Below, piece by piece: positions 40,434 through 47,483 of a DNA stretch of 64,000 bases. A program made the position numbers and the translations under genes. Source of the stretch: Burkholderiales bacterium (GTDB lineage: Bacteria; Pseudomonadota; Gammaproteobacteria; Burkholderiales; JBBRTU01); the NCBI GenBank assembly GCA_038244115.1, contig JBBRTU010000001.1, forward strand, positions 224,718 through 288,717. The letters are read 5' to 3'. Under the pieces are notes generated by a model. That model was given only the letters and a program-made list of their open reading frames with translations, made no database searches and was not told where the DNA came from. Each line of letters opens with the position of its first letter. The first letter of the stretch is position 1.

Positions 40434-41732
40434 CTAGCGTCCTTCGCGTTGCGGGTTTCGTGTTTCGGGTTTCGGGTTGAATATTTCGCTGTTAGCTTTT
40501 GACTCGGAACCGCTCGCGCCGAAAGCGGCGAGCGCTGCTTTCAAATTGCTCTCGGCATCAATCAGAAAGTTAGCGCTGGTAACCACTTTTTCGCCTTCGC
40601 TCAGGCCGGACAGTACTTCCACGTAATCTCCAGCGCGCTGGCCCAGTTTGACTTCTCGCGGTTCGAAACGGCCTTCAGCCACTTCCACCAATGCTACCTG
40701 GCGGTTGCCGCTGTCGATGACTGCCGAGCTGGGCACGGCCAGAACCCGGGTTTTTCCGCCCGTGGCGAAGTGCACTTCGGCATACATGCCGGGCTTCAGC
40801 AAACCGGCAGGGTTGTTGATTTCCAGTCGTACCGATGCGGTACGCGTCTGGCTGTTCAGCGTCGGGTAGATGTAGCTTATTTTTGCGGCAAATTCCTGGC
40901 CGGGGTAAGCGTTGACCTTCACCCTGGCGGTTTGGCCGGTTTTGATCAGGGCCAGGTCTTGCTCGAAGATGTCGGACATGACCCAGACGCTGGAGAGATC
41001 CGCGATCTTGTACAACGCTTCACCTGGCATGAAACGCATGCCTTGCACGGCGGTTTTTTCCAGTACGATTCCGGCAACAGGTGCGCTCAGGGTCATGGTG
41101 TGACGTGCTTGGCCGGATTTATTCAGCTCACCGAGTTGCGCTTCATCAATGCCCCAGTTGCGCAGGCGGGTCAAACTGCTTTCTGCCAGCTGGCGCATAC
41201 CGGCTTGGACAGCGATCAGGTATTCGGCTTGTGCTGAGGCCAGCTCCGGGCTGTAGACTTCCATCAATGCTTGTCCGCGCGCCACCGGCTGGCCGGTGGC
41301 GTTGACGTGCAGCCGCTCGATCCAGCCCTCAAACCGGGGGGAAACGGTGTGCAGCCGCTGTTCATTTATCTGGATGGTGCCGACGGCGTGGACCACGCGG
41401 TTGAGTTCGCGCATGCTCACTGCCTCCAGTTTCACACCCAGCTTCTGGATTTTTTCTGTACTGAGCGCGACCTGGTTGCTAGTATTCCCTTCGCCTTCGT
41501 ATACCGCTATATAGTCCATACCCATCGAATCTTTCTTGGGTATGGGCGAGGTGTCAGGCAAGCCCATCGGATTGCGGTAGTAAAGGATTTTTCTCTGCGG
41601 CTTGGCCGTCTCGGCCATTTTGGAAGTTGCTTCCGATCCATGACGGCTGCCCTGCCCTCCCCACCAGTATCCGGTTGCCAGCGCGGTTACCAGCAGTGCA
41701 GCCATGCCTAATATTGCTGTTGTGGTTTTCAC
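40434..41732 (-). CDS. cusB: RND efflux periplasmic adaptor, CusB-like
   Basis: KILYYRNPMGLPDTSPIPKKDSMGMDYI is an N-terminal metal-site region typical of CusB, with HlyD-like barrel regions. It is 2 nt from cusA. Confidence 0.9.
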   Translation of the reverse strand: MKTTTAILGMAALLVTALATGYWWGGQGSRHGSEATSKMAETAKPQRKILYYRNPMGLPDTSPIPKKDSMGMDYIAVYEGEGNTSNQVALSTEKIQKLGVKLEAVSMRELNRVVHAVGTIQINEQRLHTVSPRFEGWIERLHVNATGQPVARGQALMEVYSPELASAQAEYLIAVQAGMRQLAESSLTRLRNWGIDEAQLGELNKSGQARHTMTLSAPVAGIVLEKTAVQGMRFMPGEALYKIADLSSVWVMSDIFEQDLALIKTGQTARVKVNAYPGQEFAAKISYIYPTLNSQTRTASVRLEINNPAGLLKPGMYAEVHFATGGKTRVLAVPSSAVIDSGNRQVALVEVAEGRFEPREVKLGQRAGDYVEVLSGLSEGEKVVTSANFLIDAESNLKAALAAFGASGSESKANSEIFNPKPETRNPQREGR

Positions 41733-43027
41733 AATTCTTCTCCCAGCAAGCGTTCTATTTCAGTTAAACGAAGCTCCTGATCGACCTCGGCCTGCAGGTG
41801 AGTCAATCGCGCCTTTTTGATTTGGCGCTGTGCTTCCAACAATGTGGCGAAGTCCACCTTGCCCGACTGGTAACCGATTAGCGCCGATTGCAAAGCCAGT
41901 TCGGATTGGGGCAGCAAGGTGTTCTTCAGCAAGTGTGCCTGCTTGCTAGCATCCCCCAAGCCTTCCAGTGATTCGCGGAATGCTGCCTGCACCTGATTGG
42001 CAAGCGCTTGCTGACGCGCTTTGGAGGCAGCCAGCAAGGATGCCGCTTCACGCTCCCTGGCGCGGCGGCTATCCTGCTGCAGAGGAATATTGATTTCAAA
42101 CATCGCATCCCAACTGTCGAGACGATTTCCGCGCTGGATTGGTGAAATGCCCAGGGTGAGATCCGGGTAGCGATTTTTTTCCGTGAGCTGCTGGTTTTTT
42201 TCGGCAGCGTCCACTTGCGCACCCTGGATCGCCAGCAACGGACTGGCAGCTAAAATGCGCTGTTCCAGCACGACAGCATCCAGCACCGCCGGCAGCGGAC
42301 GCAGTTCGCGCGGTTCGACAAGCGCGGCGTAAGACGGCCGGTTAAGCGCGAGATTAAGGCGCGTGAGGGCGTGGTGTTGTTCCGCTTCCAGCGCAATCAA
42401 TTCCGATTGCAACGCGGTCTGCTCCAGCTGAGCTTTGATGAGATCCTGCTGGGGTACCAGGCCGTGGGTGTAACGCGTCTGGGCGACACGTTCCAGGTCG
42501 TGCATGAGCTGCAAGATTTCATTGTTCAGTTTGATCTTGCGCTGCGCCTGATAATACATGGCGAAGGCCGTCTTGATTTGGGCATGCACTTCGGCGACGC
42601 TGGAAGCGTTTTTTCCTTTGGCCTGATTCAATTCCGCCTCTGCCACTTCACGCCGGAGGTCGCGCTTACCCCACAAAGGCAAGGTCTGGAACAAGGTGTA
42701 TTTGGTTGAGCCTACCTTGTTTGGCAGTAGGTTCGGATTGTTACGGTCGATGCCTTGCAGTTCGATGCGAAACGAAGGATCGGCCAACGCCCCAGCCGGT
42801 TCTACGCGTGCCGCTGCTGCGTTTGTTTCATGCCGTGCTGCCCCAAGCTCCGGATTGTGCTGGTCTGCCCAGGCTAGCAGTTCCTGCACAGTGGCGCCGA
42901 ACGGAGCGGCTGAAATAGCTGCCGCCTCCACACCCTCTCGTGGATGGGAGTCTCCAGCCTCCACTGCGGGCGCCAGCACCAAGGCAGCCAGAAACACAAT
43001 GCCTGGCAATTCTTTTGTCATGGCCAT
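41729..43027 (-). CDS. cusC: Outer-membrane efflux protein, TolC/CusC family
   Basis: Two OEP repeats. There is a 4-nt overlap with cusB. Confidence 0.88.
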   Translation of the reverse strand: MAMTKELPGIVFLAALVLAPAVEAGDSHPREGVEAAAISAAPFGATVQELLAWADQHNPELGAARHETNAAAARVEPAGALADPSFRIELQGIDRNNPNLLPNKVGSTKYTLFQTLPLWGKRDLRREVAEAELNQAKGKNASSVAEVHAQIKTAFAMYYQAQRKIKLNNEILQLMHDLERVAQTRYTHGLVPQQDLIKAQLEQTALQSELIALEAEQHHALTRLNLALNRPSYAALVEPRELRPLPAVLDAVVLEQRILAASPLLAIQGAQVDAAEKNQQLTEKNRYPDLTLGISPIQRGNRLDSWDAMFEINIPLQQDSRRAREREAASLLAASKARQQALANQVQAAFRESLEGLGDASKQAHLLKNTLLPQSELALQSALIGYQSGKVDFATLLEAQRQIKKARLTHLQAEVDQELRLTEIERLLGEEL

Positions 43028-43046
43028 TTTCCGCTGATCCGTAAAA

Positions 43047-43385
43047 TTATTTAACTGGCTTGATAGCGGTAATGACGTAGCCGCCGTCCTGCTTGGCGAG
43101 ATCGAAGTCGATCTTTTGCCCGGCTTTAAGCCCCTTCAGCAGCACTTTGCTCTTTACCTGGAAATTCATCGTCATACCCGGCCAGCCGAGGCTTTCCACC
43201 GGGCCGTGGGTAATATTGACGGTGCCATCCGGGTCAATTTTGTTGAGGGTGCCTTTAGCTTTGTGGGATTTGACAGCGGCAGCGGCCATTTTTGCATTGT
43301 GGTCGCTGTTTGCTTCAGCGGCGGTGGCTGCAATTGGGCTGGATAAGCCCGTGATCAGGGCGATCAGTAAAGCATATGATTTCAC
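43047..43385 (-). CDS. cusF: CusF-like periplasmic Cu(I)/Ag(I) chaperone
   Basis: Signal peptide plus ITHGPVESLGWPGMTMNFQV (CusF metal-site pattern). GTG start after GGAGA. Confidence 0.85.
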   Translation of the reverse strand: MKSYALLIALITGLSSPIAATAAEANSDHNAKMAAAAVKSHKAKGTLNKIDPDGTVNITHGPVESLGWPGMTMNFQVKSKVLLKGLKAGQKIDFDLAKQDGGYVITAIKPVK

Positions 43386-43517
43386 GTTGGTCTCCAAATA
43401 TTGCTGCAAATTTCGAGCATTCTGGCCTGTAACCGATGCCTGAATGCGGACGAAATCCAAGCGCGGCGCTGCCCGCATTATGGCAGCATGATTAACAGGT
43501 AGAAAATGGGGTGATAC

Positions 43518-43880
43518 TTAGGCGGCAGAGTGCCGTGGGGGTCTTTGGGGGTGTTCGAGGTAGGTCGAGCTGAATTGGTCAGGCGATGAAGCAATTTGCG
43601 GCTGCGAGCCGATAGGTTCACTCACGCCGGCGGCAGCTGGCAACAGGGCCAGTGAGCAGCAAAGGTGGCTATTCGCGCAATTATCACAGGGTTGAGAATG
43701 TTTAGTTTGCTGGTCTTTGGTTTGCTGATGCTGTGCGTGGTGGCAGTGCTCCGCCGGTGCTGCTACTTCATGGTTTGGCGCCGATGGCACATGCAGGTGC
43801 ATGGTGACCGCCTGGACGCCCTGCACGGGGAGCCACAGCGCCACGAAAACCATAAGAAATTTGACGAGAAAACGATGCAT
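43518..43880 (-). CDS. Secreted His/Cys-rich hypothetical protein (first gene of the cus string)
   Basis: Signal peptide MHRFLVKFLMVFVALWLPVQGVQA, followed by HLHVP...EHCHHAQHQQ...CDNCANSHLCC. Confidence 0.6.
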   Translation of the reverse strand: MHRFLVKFLMVFVALWLPVQGVQAVTMHLHVPSAPNHEVAAPAEHCHHAQHQQTKDQQTKHSQPCDNCANSHLCCSLALLPAAAGVSEPIGSQPQIASSPDQFSSTYLEHPQRPPRHSAA

Positions 43881-43984
43881 GATTTTTATGCTAGCGGTAA
43901 ACCCTGCAAAATGCAAACTGCGACTTGAAACGTTTTTGATGGCAGGATAAAAACACCGATTTTGCAAGTGGCTGAATTTGTCTT

Positions 43985-44079
43985 AGAAGCTGTCTTAAAT
44001 AATATCGCGGGATGTGTTGCTTCGTGCCGGAAGAACACATGCCATAGTCGCACCCGTGATATTATTTAAGACAGCTTCT
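43985..44079. mobile_element. Family-B MITE-like element, copy 1 (95 bp)
   Basis: 22-bp terminal inverted repeats AGAAGCTGTCTTAAATAATATC / GATATTATTTAAGACAGCTTCT with an internal hairpin. There is no ORF. Confidence 0.8.
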
Positions 44080-44096
44080 TTGAGTTCACCATCACT

Positions 44097-45581
44097 ATGC
44101 TCGGAAAATATCTAAAATTCCTCGGCGGTAAAGCCAAACAAAGCGAGCCGAAGCGCCCGCCTGGTGAAGACACGGCGCAATCTATCGTGCCAACGCCCTT
44201 GCTTGGTGACGTGGTGCCGCCAGTAGACATTGCGCCGATTTCCCCTTTTTCTGCTGAGCGATTGATCGATACCGACAAAATCCAGCCAGAGGCGAATGTC
44301 ACCAGTATTCTCAGTATAGATACCCATGGCGAGCGGGTTAAGGCAGATGAGCTGTCATTGCGTTTTCTTGGCCGCCAGCCGGTGCTGGATCGCGCGCACA
44401 AGACTATCGGCTACGACCTGATGCTGCGCAACCGTTCCACGCGTGCGCCGCAGAAGGTAGACGATGCGCTGCTGCGCATGCAGGACGAAATGCTGGCAAA
44501 AAGCATTCTGAATCTCGAAATCGAGCGATTGCTCGGCGACAAGCTTGCCTTCCTCAGCTTCTCGCACACCATGCTGAATAACCCGATATTGCAAGATCTG
44601 CCAAAAGAAGGCGTAGTGCTGGCATTCCATATACAGCCCGGTCAGGCAGCAGCTTCTTCAGCTGGGCTGGAAGCGCTGGCGCGGCAGGGATATATACTGG
44701 CTTTGGATGATTATATTGCGGATGCCGGGCTAGAGCCGCTGTTGCCCTTTGTAAAATATGTACGTTTAGACATTGCCAAATTTGATGCCATGCAGATAGG
44801 TGAAGTGATTTCTGCTGCTCAATTACATGCTTCGCCGCAAATTATCGCAAAAAGCGTCCAGTCTGATGAAGACTTTGAAGTGTGTGCACGGCTAGCTTTC
44901 GAATACTTCCAGGGGTTCTACTTTGCGCAACTGCAGCCAAATCAGCCGTCCAAGCTCAATAATGACCGCTTGCGCGTAATAGAGCTGCTCAATCTTGTGA
45001 CCAATCATGCCGAAATTTCCGCTCTGGAAGCGGCGTTAAAACGCGACGCGACGTTGTCTTACAGACTGCTGCGCTACATCAATTCGCCCGGATGCGGTTT
45101 GTTGCAGAAGATTCGCTCCATTGCACATGCACTGGTGCTGCTTGGCTACGACCAGCTCTACCGCTGGCTAACGCTCTTGCTGTTTACCAGTGGCAAACTG
45201 GATGTGCGCAGCGAAGCCTTGCTGAAAAATGCCTTAGTACGGGCGCGCATGACTGAACTGCTGGGTAAGAAAAAGAAATTGATACCGCAGGATCAGGAAC
45301 GCTTGTTCATTGTCGGCATTTTTTCCCTGTTAGACGTACTGCTGAACACCTCCATGGACAAAGCCCTGGAAAGCATCAGCCTGCCCGATCTAATCCAGAA
45401 GGCACTGGTGCGCCGGGAAGGCATCTATGCGCCTTATCTCAAGCTTGCGATTGCTTGCGAGGCAGGCGAACAGGAAAGTCTGGCGGAATTGGCCGGCGAA
45501 CTGCGCTTAAGTCCCGAGGATGTCAACCTGGCCCATGTGCAGGCAATGGTCTGGGCAGAGGATGTGGGCAGGGATTCCTGA
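44097..45581 (+). CDS. EAL-like + HDOD domain signalling protein
   Basis: FLGRQPVLDRAHKTIGYDLMLR is the EAL-type N-terminal strand, with Asp in place of the usual Glu. The C-terminal HDOD is LSYRLLRYINSPGCGL...LGYDQLYRWL. The start is uncertain. Confidence 0.85.
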   Translation: MLGKYLKFLGGKAKQSEPKRPPGEDTAQSIVPTPLLGDVVPPVDIAPISPFSAERLIDTDKIQPEANVTSILSIDTHGERVKADELSLRFLGRQPVLDRAHKTIGYDLMLRNRSTRAPQKVDDALLRMQDEMLAKSILNLEIERLLGDKLAFLSFSHTMLNNPILQDLPKEGVVLAFHIQPGQAAASSAGLEALARQGYILALDDYIADAGLEPLLPFVKYVRLDIAKFDAMQIGEVISAAQLHASPQIIAKSVQSDEDFEVCARLAFEYFQGFYFAQLQPNQPSKLNNDRLRVIELLNLVTNHAEISALEAALKRDATLSYRLLRYINSPGCGLLQKIRSIAHALVLLGYDQLYRWLTLLLFTSGKLDVRSEALLKNALVRARMTELLGKKKKLIPQDQERLFIVGIFSLLDVLLNTSMDKALESISLPDLIQKALVRREGIYAPYLKLAIACEAGEQESLAELAGELRLSPEDVNLAHVQAMVWAEDVGRDS

Positions 45582-45638
45582 CATATTGCTGGCAATCGCC
45601 TTGCAATATCGCTTTGACATAATTCTTTCGATAGGCAA

Positions 45639-45671
45639 CTGGGCGCATCAGCGTAAAGCCGGACGCGCCCA
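45639..45671. terminator. Hairpin between convergent genes (possible bidirectional terminator)
   Basis: 8-bp stem CTGGGCGC / GCGCCCAG. There is no clear U-tract. Confidence 0.35.
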
Positions 45672-45675
45672 GCGG

Positions 45676-45873
45676 TCAAGCCTTGGTGTTAATGTTGCTT
45701 CCCAGTGTAGATGAAGATGAAACATTAGCTGGCTGCGGCAGGCTGTTTATAAGCTGGGCCGCGCTTTGTTCCTGGATTTCCATTGCTTTCTTGAGCGCAT
45801 AGACACCAGCAGTATTATCTGCGCTAAGACTAGTGATGAGGCTGGCTGCAGCGTTAATTGAAGAAACGTCCAT
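45676..45873 (-). CDS. YjfB-like putative motility protein (65 aa)
   Basis: MDVSSINAAASL...GVYALKKAMEIQEQSAAQLINSLP matches the YjfB_motility family pattern. Confidence 0.75.
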   Translation of the reverse strand: MDVSSINAAASLITSLSADNTAGVYALKKAMEIQEQSAAQLINSLPQPANVSSSSTLGSNINTKA

Positions 45874-45927
45874 AGTGGCTCTCCTTCTGATGCTGGAGTT
45901 TAGTATAAGCGCTGATTTTACAGATGT

Positions 45928-46359
45928 CTATAGGTCGTGCGGCATATTTTTCCGCTGCTGTTTTGTGGCTCCACGCTGGCGCTTTGATTCCAGCCGCCGT
46001 TCGCGTGATGCCTTAGTAGGCTTGGTCGCCGTGCGTAGCTTTGGGGCCACGCTGGCCTGGCGAATCAGCGCGACCAGCCGGGAGATAGCGTCATCGCGGT
46101 TACGGTTCTGGGTGCGGTGGCATTGCGCGGTGATGATCAGCACGCCTTCGTCGCTGACCCGCTTGCCGGCAAGTTTGATCAAACGCTGCCTTACATCATC
46201 CGGCAGGCTGGGCGATACAACCACGTTAAAACGCAGTTGCACCGCACTGGAAACCTTGTTCACGTTCTGGCCGCCCGGCCCGGAAGCGCGCACGAAATTC
46301 AGCTCGATTTCGCTTTCTGGAAGCGCAATTGAGTGATTGACGCGGATCACGCTTGGCAC
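45928..46359 (-). CDS. arfB: Alternative ribosome-rescue factor ArfB (peptidyl-tRNA hydrolase, YaeJ)
   Basis: GGQ motif SGPGGQNVNKVSSAV and a basic C-terminal tail. Confidence 0.92.
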   Translation of the reverse strand: MPSVIRVNHSIALPESEIELNFVRASGPGGQNVNKVSSAVQLRFNVVVSPSLPDDVRQRLIKLAGKRVSDEGVLIITAQCHRTQNRNRDDAISRLVALIRQASVAPKLRTATKPTKASRERRLESKRQRGATKQQRKNMPHDL

Positions 46360-46748
46360 AACGGGCCGTTGCCCGATTTTTCCAGGCTCACCGCAATCGC
46401 GTTAACCAGCTCCTGCATCTCTTCCACGGTGAAACATTCCAGCAAGCGGTTAACCGTCTCCGGGTCGAGCTTGAGCATGCGTTCGCTGCCATCGGACATC
46501 GTCACCTGAATACCGACGGCCTGGTGCTGCGTTACGTCCGATTCCTCATCGGAAAGGGCCGCCTGCGCCTCCATCAGCTCGGCGTATTTGTCTTCCAGTT
46601 GGTCTTCCGTGTCCGCAGGCAGATTCTCCGGCAGCATCACCACCGTGCCCAGTTGGTCCATCCGCGTCTCGCATTGCAGATCAAGCGATGCCACAAATTC
46701 CTCAAACTGCTCGCGCAGGCCATCATTAAAAAAAATATACTCAAGCAT
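46347..46748 (-). CDS. Acidic hypothetical protein (133 aa)
   Basis: MLEYIFFNDGLREQFEEFVASLDLQCE.... It is strongly acidic. There is a 13-nt overlap with the arfB start. Confidence 0.6.
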   Translation of the reverse strand: MLEYIFFNDGLREQFEEFVASLDLQCETRMDQLGTVVMLPENLPADTEDQLEDKYAELMEAQAALSDEESDVTQHQAVGIQVTMSDGSERMLKLDPETVNRLLECFTVEEMQELVNAIAVSLEKSGNGPLCQA

Positions 46749-46824
46749 AATTTAACGTTATAAAAATATTGGGGTGCTACTATTGTTATCTTACCCCTCG
46801 CAACTCTGATAACCCAACATTTCA

Positions 46825-47379
46825 ATGAACAAAGCTTTCGTCAAAGAAGCCGAAGATGAAGACGATCTGGATGGCGCGCCTAAATCGCCTGCTGGGCTGA
46901 AGAACTATATCACCCCGGCAGGTCATCGGCGTCTCAAGGATGAATTCGACCAGCTGTGGAAAGTAGAACGGCCAGAGATGGTAAAGATTATATCGTGGGC
47001 AGCCTCCAACGGTGACCGCTCGGAAAATGGCGACTACATTTATGGCAAGAAGAAATTGCGTGAAATCGACCGGCGCCTGCGCTTTTTAAGCAAGCGGCTG
47101 GATAACGCCGAGGTGATCGACCCGGCCCAGCGCGGCGAGTGCGACCAGGTATTTTTTGGCGCCACCGTGAAGGTGTGCAACGCCAAAGGAGAAGAAAATA
47201 CATACAGCATCGTCGGTCTGGATGAGGTTGACCCCGGTCGCGGCCATATCAGCTGGATTTCACCATTGGCCAAGGCCTTGCTCAAGGCGCGCGAGGGTGA
47301 CGGGGTGACCTTGCGTACGCCTGGCGGGGTGGAGGAATTTGAAGTAGTGGAGATCCGGTATCGTGCTTTGGAAGCCTAG
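46825..47379 (+). CDS. greB: Transcription elongation factor GreB
   Basis: NYITPAGHRRLKDEFDQLWKVERPEMVKIISWAASNGDRSENGDYIYGKKKLREIDRR. Confidence 0.92.
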   Translation: MNKAFVKEAEDEDDLDGAPKSPAGLKNYITPAGHRRLKDEFDQLWKVERPEMVKIISWAASNGDRSENGDYIYGKKKLREIDRRLRFLSKRLDNAEVIDPAQRGECDQVFFGATVKVCNAKGEENTYSIVGLDEVDPGRGHISWISPLAKALLKAREGDGVTLRTPGGVEEFEVVEIRYRALEA

Positions 47380-47483
47380 CGAAAACGTACCATGCGCCTT
47401 GAATGCTTCGTCGATGCTTACGACGATTTTCGAGAACCCAGCTTGCGCGCGAATTCTTTTCATCACTCTGACCAATTCATCAG

